A stretch of 64,000 nt of DNA from Candidatus Omnitrophota bacterium. GTDB lineage: Bacteria; Omnitrophota; Gorgyraeia; Zapsychrales; Fredricksoniimonadaceae. This document shows, in pieces, positions 49,459 through 57,715 of this stretch. The notes beneath the pieces were generated by a model. It saw only the letters and a program-made list of their open reading frames with translations. It made no database searches and had not been told where the DNA came from. A program made the position numbers and the translations under genes. The stretch covers positions 85,558-149,557 of the forward strand of contig CAIOPG010000004.1 of NCBI GenBank assembly GCA_903860135.1, given 5' to 3'. How positions within the stretch are numbered: the stretch's first letter is position 1; every line of letters begins with the position of its first letter.

Positions 49459-50606
49459 TCAAATAACGCTTTCATCCCGCCCATGACCTTATCAAAGGGA
49501 ATGACGGAAACCTTCTTATGAAGTTCGTAACGCTTCTCACCGGGATAAATGACCGCGATCCTTTCAAGCTTCAGGTCCTCCAGCGCAATGCGCATGGACG
49601 GCGTCATCGTTGGGGCATCCTGACGCTTGATCTCAACGCCATACATCTTCCCCCCCTTGAATAGAACCAGATCTATCTCTGCGCCCTGATGCGTCGCCCA
49701 ATAATACACCTCATCCGGCGCAACCGAGTGAATGACCTCTTCGATCACATATCCTTCCCATGAAGCACCATGTTTAGGATGCGCCAAGAGATCTTCCCTG
49801 GTCTTGATACCTAAAAGACCATGCAATATCCCCGTATCATAAAAATACACCTTCGGCGCTTTGACCTGACGCTTTTTAATATTTGCAAACCACGGCTGAA
49901 GCTGGCGCATCATGAAAACACCGCTCAAAACATCCAGATAACGCTTTACCGTGACCTCATTGATACCCAGCGAACGGGCAATCTCATTGGCGTTAAAGAT
50001 CTGACCATGATAATGCGCCAGCATGATCCAGTAACGTAAAATAGTCAACGGCGGAAGGGATACTCCGTAAAACGGAAGGTCCCGCGATACAAAACTTTCT
50101 ATATACTCCTTACGCCAAACAAAGCTCTCTTCATCTGTCCTGGCCAAAAAGGCTTTAGGCAGACCACCCCTTAACCAAAGCTTCTCGTACTTGACCATAC
50201 CAACTTCTTTTAACGAGAATCCGCCAATCCTAATGCGCTCAACACGCCCAGCCAAAGATTCCGAAATGTGCGTATTCAGTGTTGGTGCGGCGCTACCCAA
50301 GAGCAAAAACTTTGCCGGCAACGGCACGCGATCTGCAAGAACCCGTAGGATCGGAAAAAGATCCGCTTGCCTTTGAACTTCATCGATCACAACAATTCCC
50401 TTGAGATCAACAAGGGCGTTCTTTGGCTGCGCCAGCTTGGCACTATCAACAGGATCTTCCAGATCGAAATATGTCGACGATCCCGGCTGAGCAAAATTCC
50501 GTGCCAGTGTTGTCTTTCCTGATTGACGAGGGCCCAATAAAGATACGATCCTTCCCCGCTTGATCGCCTTGTGAATATCTTGTAGGATGTCTTTACGTTC
50601 TATCAT
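49455..50606 (-). CDS. AAA_14 ATPase + DUF4143 protein (second copy)
   Basis: GPRQSGKT, IDEVQ, LAGR, PKVYFYDTG and EIDLV..VEIK; start at MIERKD. Confidence 0.9.
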   Translation of the reverse strand: MIERKDILQDIHKAIKRGRIVSLLGPRQSGKTTLARNFAQPGSSTYFDLEDPVDSAKLAQPKNALVDLKGIVVIDEVQRQADLFPILRVLADRVPLPAKFLLLGSAAPTLNTHISESLAGRVERIRIGGFSLKEVGMVKYEKLWLRGGLPKAFLARTDEESFVWRKEYIESFVSRDLPFYGVSLPPLTILRYWIMLAHYHGQIFNANEIARSLGINEVTVKRYLDVLSGVFMMRQLQPWFANIKKRQVKAPKVYFYDTGILHGLLGIKTREDLLAHPKHGASWEGYVIEEVIHSVAPDEVYYWATHQGAEIDLVLFKGGKMYGVEIKRQDAPTMTPSMRIALEDLKLERIAVIYPGEKRYELHKKVSVIPFDKVMGGMKALFE

Positions 50607-50782
50607 AGGCAGGAAGTATACCATGAATTAATCGTATTGCAATATGTAATTTCATGGTACTAAATTCGTAGAACGGCACTGATCCGACAATATGCCAAAG
50701 CAGGACTTTTGACGCAAAAGCTTACTTTCGAACTCGCCATAAATGACGCAACGAACATGTTTAGCGGGACCTCTGATTGACA

Positions 50783-50828
50783 CCCTCCTCCGCGAGCGAA
50801 GCGAGTGTGGGGAGGGCATGGGAGGGGG
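50783..50828 (+). repeat. CCCTCC..GGGGAGGG REP-like hairpin element
   Basis: 50805-50828 matches the reverse complement of 9338-9361 at 23/24 nt. Confidence 0.7.
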
Positions 50829-50910
50829 CGTCAAGAAATAACAAAAAGTTTTTGCATGAAATGATTCTTCGTCGAATAATAAAATCCTGGTCGACGAAAT
50901 AATTCTTATA

Positions 50911-51784
50911 GATAAAACAAAAGAAGAATTGATTCGTATTATTCTGGATCAAGCTGCGCGTATTCGGGAGTTGGAAGAAACTCTCCTTGAATGCCCCGAT
51001 TGTCACCATGCCCTTGGGCAACCCATAGACGTCGAAGAACAAATTCAGGAAGACATTGTCCCGGCGCACGTACGCGTAAGGAAATATCTTCGGCACAGGT
51101 ACCATTGCGACCATTGCGGGAAAGAACATGATGCGCCATATCATCCGGAACATGTGCCGTCGGGATTTCTTGGCGCGAACATTCTCATTCAAGCCATAAT
51201 CTTGAAATATCACCATTGCCTACCGTATCGTAAGATCTGTGAACTATTTCAGGAATTGGCGGGAATAACAGTGAGTCCCGGCGGGCTATCACAGGCTTTG
51301 GCACGGATAAGTCACTGGCTTGGTGTTGAACGGGCAGTGTTGCTGGAGGCGGCCCGCGGTAGTCCGCAATTGCACGTGGACGAAACTGGCTGGCGTCTGG
51401 ACGGGAAGAAAATCTGGGTGTGGGCTTTGGTTAACAAACGACTAGCGTATTATCACGTTGACCGCAGTCGAGCGCGAAAGGTTCTTAAAGGATTTACAAC
51501 GGCTATCGAAACGCTTCGTTCAATCATGGCAAGATATGTTCCGGTTCCTGAAAGATCCGTCACTGGACTGGAATAATAATCGTGCCGAAAGAATGATCAG
51601 GCCAAATGTTATTTACCGTAATCGTTCCTATGGGAATCGGTCTAACCGCGGGGCTGAGGCTCATGGCACGCTCAGGTCACTCATGCCGACATTGCGGCTT
51701 CAAGGTAAAAATGTGACTGAAAGTTTGCGGCTGGCCTTTTTACAACATCGCCAAGGTAATTCATCACCACAGCTCAGTTTTTAA
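50911..51784 (+). pseudogene. IS66-family transposase remnant (internal deletions, frameshift)
   Basis: zf-IS66 CPDC..CDHC and HVDETGW, then NNRAERMIRP in another frame; the second catalytic Asp region is missing. Confidence 0.88.
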
Positions 51785-51853
51785 AATCCCCCCACCCCGT
51801 CCCGCCCCACCGGGGGGCAGGTATCATTTAGGAATACCCATTATACCTACCCG

Positions 51854-53751
51854 GTCGAGTAGATATCTATTTCAATACCCCTCACAGAACCGTACGTGCA
51901 GATTTCCCGCATACGGCTCTTCAGCAAGTTGACTTACAAAGCTTATACGGAACATAAAACTGATGTACTATCCGCGGCTTCGGTAAGGAGAATTTCTCAA
52001 CGTACGCACACAAGTTATCCCCGTTCATCGACGCTCTTTGACTGCGCCTATTTAACCACTTGTGAACCATACGCTTAACCTTGTAGCTGTAAGCATTCAG
52101 GCGTCGACTGTTGTCGCTGACACCGTAATACGCATAGTGTCCTCTCATCTTCGCCGTTAGCTGCTTCCATAGGTCTTTGAGTGGTAGCGTGTTCCGCACC
52201 GTCGCCAGCCATCGATTCATTGCTACCATGCTTCGGCGGAATCTCTTACCACTCGTCTTACGCCCCACCTTAAATCCTCCCCGCTGACTTATACCTATGT
52301 AGTGGGTAATCCCGAGAAAATCAAACGTGTTGGCTTTCCGTCCGGTTCGTTTCGCGTTTTCCTTCTCGAACCGTCCAAAACTCACAACCTTTGTCTTATC
52401 GTCGTTGGTTGCAAGCCCATTATTGCTTAGCCTCTGCTTGATTCCTGCCAGCACCGTCTCCGCATCTTCCTTGTACTGAACCAATATTACAAAGTCGTCG
52501 CAGTAACGCACCATGTGGCATTGCCCTTTCATGCGTGGCTTCGCTTCTTCCTCCAGCCACTCATCGACCACATAGTGTAAAAACATGTTGGCTATCATCG
52601 GACTGATATTGCCGCCCTGCGGCGTTCCACGTTCGGTTTTCTTGAATGCCGACTGCTCCATGTATCCCGATTTCAGAAAGCGCACCGCATACCGCACAAA
52701 CTGTTCATCCCGTATCCTGATGCGTAACCACCCAATAAGTTTTGCATGCTCCACATTGTCAAAGAAGCCCTTAATGTCCGCTTCCATAACATGATTTATT
52801 GGCTTGGTCATGATCAGGTCGTTGATTTGTTTCAGTGCCTGGTGACAGCCTTTCCCCGCCCGGAACCCATACGAGTTATCGTGGAAGTCCTGTTCATATA
52901 TCGCTTCCATCACCCGGCTCATTGCCTTTTGTACTATCTTGTCCTCGACGGATGGTATCCCAATCGGCCTTTGCGTTCCGTTGTCTTTCGGAATATACAC
53001 CCGTCGAACAGGCTGTGGCCGGTAGCTCATTCTCCTTATCCGCTCAACCAGTCCTTTGATATTCTCGCCCAACCCATTCCCATATTCTTCCCAGCTTGTC
53101 CCGTCCACCCCAACAGCACATTCTTTCCTTAACTGCTGGTAACTGTCCTTGAGGAACGCCTCGTTAATCAGATGCATCAGATTATCGAAGGTCGCATTCT
53201 TGTCCCTCTTGGCTCGCTCTGCTACGAAGCCCAATTTCGTTTCCACGCTTTCTGTCATCCCTGCGAATAACTGCATGTTCCCTCGAGCCTCTTCATCCTG
53301 TTGTTAACCCCTTCGAGCGGCTTCTCCTGCCCCGCAGACCGTTACTCCGCGACTCTACTATAGGTTAATCCGACTCCCCGCACCCTCCCGCTCTCCTTCG
53401 CCTCTTTCGGCTCGTCGAGCGTTCACTTCTGTTCGCGGGGTCTCCCAAGTTCCGACGTAGACACCTTTCAACCCCTCTATGGTCTTCGACCCCGGCAGTC
53501 CGTCACGGGCTCACCGCATTCTTTCGCCCGTGCTGGTAATGGCTTCAGGAGTTTAGAATCCTTAGCCATCTGCTTTTGGTACATATCGAGGCTCAATCCC
53601 TTCGCTTACGCTATAGATGAGTATCTCCCTCCCTCCAGCTCCGTCCGATTCGTTACCTCCTCGGACGTGGAGTTCAGTTCTGACCTGGTGGTTAGCCTTT
53701 AGTCAGGTTGCTTCCTTTACAACTTGTCTACGCCAGCTTCGCTTGGCGCAC
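51854..53751 (-). mobile_element. Group II intron (IIB, class D-like)
   Basis: 5' GTGCGCC at 53751; domain V GAGCCGTATGCGGGAAATCTGCACGTACGGTTC; 3' end CTACTCGAC at 51854. Confidence 0.85.
51921..53276 (-). CDS. ltrA: Group II intron reverse transcriptase/maturase, no endonuclease domain
   Basis: GVDG, RRVYIPK, RPIGIP, SYGFR, DIKGFFD, GTPQG, YCDD, FDFLG and domain X GHYAYYG. Confidence 0.95.
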   Translation of the reverse strand: MQLFAGMTESVETKLGFVAERAKRDKNATFDNLMHLINEAFLKDSYQQLRKECAVGVDGTSWEEYGNGLGENIKGLVERIRRMSYRPQPVRRVYIPKDNGTQRPIGIPSVEDKIVQKAMSRVMEAIYEQDFHDNSYGFRAGKGCHQALKQINDLIMTKPINHVMEADIKGFFDNVEHAKLIGWLRIRIRDEQFVRYAVRFLKSGYMEQSAFKKTERGTPQGGNISPMIANMFLHYVVDEWLEEEAKPRMKGQCHMVRYCDDFVILVQYKEDAETVLAGIKQRLSNNGLATNDDKTKVVSFGRFEKENAKRTGRKANTFDFLGITHYIGISQRGGFKVGRKTSGKRFRRSMVAMNRWLATVRNTLPLKDLWKQLTAKMRGHYAYYGVSDNSRRLNAYSYKVKRMVHKWLNRRSQRASMNGDNLCAYVEKFSLPKPRIVHQFYVPYKLCKSTC

Positions 53752-53876
53752 CCAAACCTGTACTGAAACAGCGGGCAATCCTGCTTTGCACATTTCCGGA
53801 CTACGCGCGCCTTACCCTTGGCACACGCCAGGCACTGTGCGCGGATCGCTGCCACCGGCGTTAGTACTTTATCCAT
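53752..53876 (-). pseudogene. 5' exon of a small Cys4 zinc-binding phage-type gene interrupted by the intron
   Basis: RBS GGAGG; MDKVLTPVAAIRAQCLAC..VRKCAKQDCPLFQYRFG, then GTGCG. Confidence 0.65.
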
Positions 53877-54007
53877 GTTCCCCTCCTTGATTTTGATCGA
53901 TATGGGCAACTAGAGTTAAGGATAACGCGCACTCGGCCCTGTTGTCAGCGTCGAACTTGAGTTGGGGGTATTCGGGGGAAATGCGGAGGGACTTCGAGGA
54001 ACTACCG

Positions 54008-54071
54008 AAAGGTGTCAACGCGTGTGACACCTTTGATATCGTTCACGGGTGTTAACGCGTTTAACACCCGT
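54008..54071. repeat. Two related 27-bp inverted repeats
   Basis: AAAGGTGTCA-ACGCGTG-TGACACCTTT and ACGGGTGTTAA-CGCGT-TTAACACCCGT. Confidence 0.8.
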
Positions 54072-54072
54072 C

Positions 54073-54456
54073 CTATCTTTCCCGCTCGGGAACAAGACCG
54101 ACTTCTGCGTCGTACATCATCTTCCTGAACTGGTACAGCTGTTCGCGCTCATTGCCGGAACGCACGATATCCAACAACCGATTGAGAGTGAAGAACTCCA
54201 CGATCTCCGGTTCATCCTTGTGGTTGCGCAGGTAGGCCTGGTGCCTTTCCCATTCCCTTTGTCTGATCGACTCCAGATGCGCTAGGTCCTGGGGACGGAT
54301 GCCGAAATGGAACCGCTGCACATCGCCAATGGTCACGGTGTAGTAGGAATACTCGAACCAGAAAGTGCGGGGTCTGACGCGGGAAAGCTTGCGGGCACGC
54401 CTGATGTACCGGCGCATTTCCGCGGCCGGAATACGGGGTGCCGGGGTTGCGGGCAA
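54073..54456 (-). CDS. Hypothetical protein
   Basis: 127-aa ORF with protein-like composition; start uncertain because it abuts arm A. Confidence 0.45.
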   Translation of the reverse strand: MPATPAPRIPAAEMRRYIRRARKLSRVRPRTFWFEYSYYTVTIGDVQRFHFGIRPQDLAHLESIRQREWERHQAYLRNHKDEPEIVEFFTLNRLLDIVRSGNEREQLYQFRKMMYDAEVGLVPERER

Positions 54457-54551
54457 AGAAAAACCCCCAGACGCTTGTGGTTCGGCTTGTCGCCGGTTCG
54501 TCTGGGGGTTACATATGGGGTGGGCTACAGGACGTATTCCGCAACCCGACC
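54454..54551 (+). repeat. attP-like junction: arm A + GGTGG core + arm B
   Basis: 54454-54523 = 55699-55768 (70 bp identical); 54519-54551 = 47965-47997. Confidence 0.9.
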
Positions 54552-54630
54552 ACTGCGTTCAAAGAGGAAATTTTAACCCATAGCACTTTCTTAAAGTCCT
54601 GCAATATCAATGAATGCACCATTTAATCCT

Positions 54631-55044
54631 TCACCCAAGCCGTTTACGCACAAACTCAGCCAGACGCTCCGCATCCTGAAGAATCTTATCCGCTTCAGAC
54701 TGGGTCACAAGCCGTTCTTCATATTCCGCCATGTTCTTCATTCTAAGAACCCTGCTGATACGATTAGCGTTCAAAGCCGTGTCATCATCGGCCTTGACCG
54801 ATCTAAACAACTTCACTGAATCATTATGGTCCTCACTGGCACTTCTCTTCCCAAGAAAGTACACACACATGGCATCCGCGAGCGAAATCACAGCATGGAT
54901 AGAATTAATAGCCGAAGCATTCCATTCTCTTCTCTCACAGGCTGCCCTTGCAGACGATAAACACTCATCTGCCCGTTGTAAGTAATTCGAATACTGTGCT
55001 TTGGGGACATCCCGCGTCTTAAACTTTAGACTCATAAAGAACAA
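54631..55044 (-). CDS. HEPN-domain protein (toxin partner)
   Basis: YLQRADECL..A..NSIHAV..DA..H..KNMAEY helical HEPN pattern; directly downstream of the MNT gene. Confidence 0.8.
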   Translation of the reverse strand: MFFMSLKFKTRDVPKAQYSNYLQRADECLSSARAACERREWNASAINSIHAVISLADAMCVYFLGKRSASEDHNDSVKLFRSVKADDDTALNANRISRVLRMKNMAEYEERLVTQSEADKILQDAERLAEFVRKRLG

Positions 55045-55618
55045 CTCCTTTCTCGGCTGCCTTCACAACAGGCAACAACGACTTCGCCTTCAATTCTTTT
55101 TGATCCAAGATATATGGCGCCAAACGATTACCGAACATATCCAGACAATCAGCGGACAAATTCTCCAGGAACGGCTCAATAGTATCTTTGGCTCTTTCCG
55201 TCTTCAGAACAATAAACAAATCAATATCACTGTCTACCCGCTCTTTGCCCTCAGAAACAGATCCAAAAAGCACCACACGAAGGACGCTTGGCTTTGATAA
55301 ATACTTAAGCACCAACCTCTTTAATGCCGATAAGGCGTCAGATTCCGCCTTAACAGAATCCCATATTGCCTTAACAACACCATACGCATAACTCTTTCGA
55401 TTAACGGCCCACACATGAGCCTTGCCTACCGTGTTAAAGGAAACCAGATTGATCTCTGCAAAATCCGACATGACCCGGTTAACACTCATATGAGAGATCT
55501 TGAGAATCGACGCGATCTCCCGCTCACTCATCGGAGCCTCATGAGTTATTAAAAAACCGGCAACTTTTAATCTTACCGGAGAAGCAATAATATCTATAAC
55601 TGGCGCGTTGAAACGCAT
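55019..55618 (-). CDS. wHTH + minimal nucleotidyltransferase (MNT antitoxin)
   Basis: N-terminal SEREIASILKISH HTH; LFGS..G....SDIDL. Confidence 0.88.
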   Translation of the reverse strand: MRFNAPVIDIIASPVRLKVAGFLITHEAPMSEREIASILKISHMSVNRVMSDFAEINLVSFNTVGKAHVWAVNRKSYAYGVVKAIWDSVKAESDALSALKRLVLKYLSKPSVLRVVLFGSVSEGKERVDSDIDLFIVLKTERAKDTIEPFLENLSADCLDMFGNRLAPYILDQKELKAKSLLPVVKAAEKGVVLYESKV

Positions 55619-55640
55619 AAACCTCCTTATGTAACTAACT

Positions 55641-55675
55641 TGTTACAAGTGTAACACGAAAAACAACGCGGTCAA
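55641..55675 (-). promoter_or_regulatory. MNT-HEPN promoter with palindromic operator
   Basis: TTGACC-16-TACACT; TGTTACA-AG-TGTAACA (55641-55656) overlaps the -10. Confidence 0.65.
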
Positions 55676-55700
55676 GAGGAATGTCTGTTGCAAGTGGACA

Positions 55701-55755
55701 AAGAAAAACCCCCAGACGCTTGTGGTTCGGCTTGTCGCCGGTTCGTCTGGGGGTT
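55701..55755 (-). terminator. Terminator hairpin downstream of tRNA-His (within arm A; second copy at 54456-54510)
   Basis: Minus strand AACCCCCAGACG...CGTCTGGGGGTT followed by TTTCTT. Confidence 0.75.
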
Positions 55756-55760
55756 ACATA

Positions 55761-55836
55761 TGGGGTGGCTGACGGGATTTGAACCCGCGACAACTTGAAC
55801 CACAATCAAGGGATCTACCACTGATCTACAGCCACC
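55761..55836 (-). tRNA. tRNA-His(GTG)
   Basis: G-1 plus GTGGCTG/CAGCCAC acceptor stem, CTTGA-TTGTGGT-TCAAG anticodon arm, GTTCAAATC T-loop, encoded CCA. Confidence 0.96.
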
Positions 55837-55892
55837 ATAAAACTATTATCTTCAATCTTGCGATTGAGTAAACTTCGATCTTGTCCTGAACA

Positions 55893-56894
55893 TTACAGCG
55901 CAGCTTTTGAACCGGCCACAATATTACCCGATGTTGGCTCGGAATTCAAGCTTGTTGTGATATTGCCGGACAATCCCAGCGCACCAAGGTCAACGTTATC
56001 CATTTTAGTGGTGAACGCAAAGCCGGCCTTGATGTTCATTCCCGTCGAGGAAAGCAGTCCGAGCACCACATTCTCGAGGCGCTGCGCTTTCTTACCCTGC
56101 GGCGCGGAGTTACCGTTGCCGCCCACGTTGAATGTCCCGTCAACCTTCAGGGCATTATGCTGCGACACCAAAGTAACCTTGACACCCACCACACCGTCAT
56201 CATCAGCAACCTGTGCGGCAGCATTCATATCACGGTCAGCCCAGTTCAGCCAGCCCTCGGATTTCAGGGAATGCCCGCCGAAAGGCAGCTTGACCCGGGC
56301 GAGCGAGGCCGTCACAGAAAAATCCGTCCGGACCGGCACCTCCGTTAACGGGACATTGTGCGCCTGCACATTGATCGCCTCCACCCGGTACTCATGCCGG
56401 CCGCCGGACTTGCGGCTCATCAACACCTTTAACACGCCATTACGGATCACAAAATGCGTCAGGATAACCGCCTTGGGCGCAATGGACGCAGAAGGCTTCG
56501 TGGCGGCAACCGCTTTAGCCGGAGTGGCAGGCGGTGCTGAAGCCGCAGGAAGCGCGGCGGTACGGTCCAGCGTTATCACCGGCGCATCGAGCTCGACGGT
56601 GCTGATCCTTATGGCCGAACTCAACAATGACAGGACATCCACAGCGGCATGCACCCGTTTACATTCCAGCAACCCGTCGACCTTAAGCCCGTCGATCACG
56701 ATCCCCGCCGGAAATTCAACCCCGACGGCACGCGCCTCGACATGCCGGCTCGTCAGGGCACTGGCCTGCGCATTGAAAATAGAACGGGCATTGAACGTCA
56801 GATAAACAAACGTTAACCCGACGCCACCAACAATAAGTCCGGCAATGATCCCCGCAAAAACCTTCATCCCCACACGCATCTGCACTCCTATCAA
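55893..56894 (-). CDS. AsmA-like membrane-anchored protein
   Basis: N-terminal TM helix, beta-rich DVLSLLSSAIRISTVELDAPVITL, Ala/Pro linker. Confidence 0.65.
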   Translation of the reverse strand: MIGVQMRVGMKVFAGIIAGLIVGGVGLTFVYLTFNARSIFNAQASALTSRHVEARAVGVEFPAGIVIDGLKVDGLLECKRVHAAVDVLSLLSSAIRISTVELDAPVITLDRTAALPAASAPPATPAKAVAATKPSASIAPKAVILTHFVIRNGVLKVLMSRKSGGRHEYRVEAINVQAHNVPLTEVPVRTDFSVTASLARVKLPFGGHSLKSEGWLNWADRDMNAAAQVADDDGVVGVKVTLVSQHNALKVDGTFNVGGNGNSAPQGKKAQRLENVVLGLLSSTGMNIKAGFAFTTKMDNVDLGALGLSGNITTSLNSEPTSGNIVAGSKAAL

Positions 56895-56900
56895 GAATAG

Positions 56901-56972
56901 CGTCCCTGGCCCGAATCGAACGGGCGACCCTCAGCTTAGAAGACTGGTGCTCTATTCAAAACTGCCAGGGAC
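56901..56972 (-). pseudogene. Damaged tRNA-Arg(TCT) / att-site remnant
   Basis: Intact T-arm, acceptor stem and CTTCTAA loop, but broken D-arm and mismatched anticodon stem; sits exactly at the GC-to-AT transition. Confidence 0.75.
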
Positions 56973-57091
56973 AAACTTCTAGTAAATCAATCTTTCTCAA
57001 GGACTTACAAGAACAACCATCTATATGCCCTTGAGCCTACTTGAGCTTGGTGCCCATATACTGTCCAAATGAACCCCAAAAAGAAAGAAAA

Positions 57092-57165
57092 CGTCCCCGG
57101 CGCGAGTCGAACGCACGACCTATAGCTTAGAAGGCTATTGCTCTATCCAGCTGAGCTACGGGGAC
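57092..57165 (-). tRNA. tRNA-Arg(TCT), CCA not encoded
   Basis: GTCCCCG/CGGGGAC acceptor, AGCTCAGCTGGATAGAGC D-arm, ATAGC-CTTCTAA-GCTAT, GTTCGACTC. Confidence 0.93.
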
Positions 57166-57214
57166 ATAAAGAACGATAGGAAATTTGTTCAAATATACCA
57201 CAAAAAATAAAAAG

Positions 57215-57715
57215 TTAACTATTCTTAATGAATAACAAAACTATAATTGCAACAAACCCCATTACCATAGGGAAAAAATAGTATCTGTTTACTATCTCCT
57301 TCCCTTTCCCATGAGGAACCTTTTTCAATATCTCCGTTGTCAATCCAAGCCCTTTGACACTCTTATCCATGTTTTCAGTAAAACTTACTGCACCCGAAAG
57401 CAATCTCATATAATAGTTAGCATCTATATACCATTGAGCCGCCAAGAAGGCCATCCCTAAAAAGATAATGACAACACTAAAATGTATTTGCCAATTAACA
57501 ACAGGCAATAGGACTGTCGTATGAATTTCTCTAAAGGCAAATATTGCTGCACCAAATACAGCAAGCACAACAGAAATAACAGTTGTACGCATTCTAATTA
57601 ACAAATCATTAAAATGAATTTGAGTTTGAATAGCTGTTTTCCAAACCTCAACCTTAAGTTGTGTTAACTCTTCCCTAGGCAACTCTTTATTGTCATTAGA
57701 TTTTGATTCAATCAT
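57215..57715 (-). CDS. Hypothetical 3-TM membrane protein
   Basis: Three hydrophobic segments; start overlaps the methyltransferase stop. Confidence 0.75.
   Translation of the reverse strand: MIESKSNDNKELPREELTQLKVEVWKTAIQTQIHFNDLLIRMRTTVISVVLAVFGAAIFAFREIHTTVLLPVVNWQIHFSVVIIFLGMAFLAAQWYIDANYYMRLLSGAVSFTENMDKSVKGLGLTTEILKKVPHGKGKEIVNRYYFFPMVMGFVAIIVLLFIKNS

Larger units (their letters stand above)
47965..55768. mobile_element. Two tandem integrase-less cassettes at the tRNA-His 3' end
   Basis: Arrangement core-B..cargo..A-core-B..cargo..A-core-tRNA; repeat periods 6554 and 1245 bp. Confidence 0.7.

Noticed and set aside
50640-51853. IS66 terminal inverted repeats and target duplication
   Set aside because: No convincing GTAA-type matched ends were found by eye.
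51921-53276. RT as part of a DGR, retron or Abi system
   Set aside because: It has maturase domain X and is embedded in clear group II intron 5' and domain V/VI sequences; no TR/VR pair with adenine-specific mismatches was seen.
53928-53932. Alternative intron 5' end (second GTGCG on the minus strand)
   Set aside because: It would place an RBS-bearing Cys4 ORF inside domain I; the GTGCGCC..TGGCGT stem at 53751 fits better.
54438-54626. 62-aa + strand ORF across the attP-like junction as a real gene
   Set aside because: No RBS and it runs through a terminator hairpin; treated as a vestigial recombinase-tail frame.
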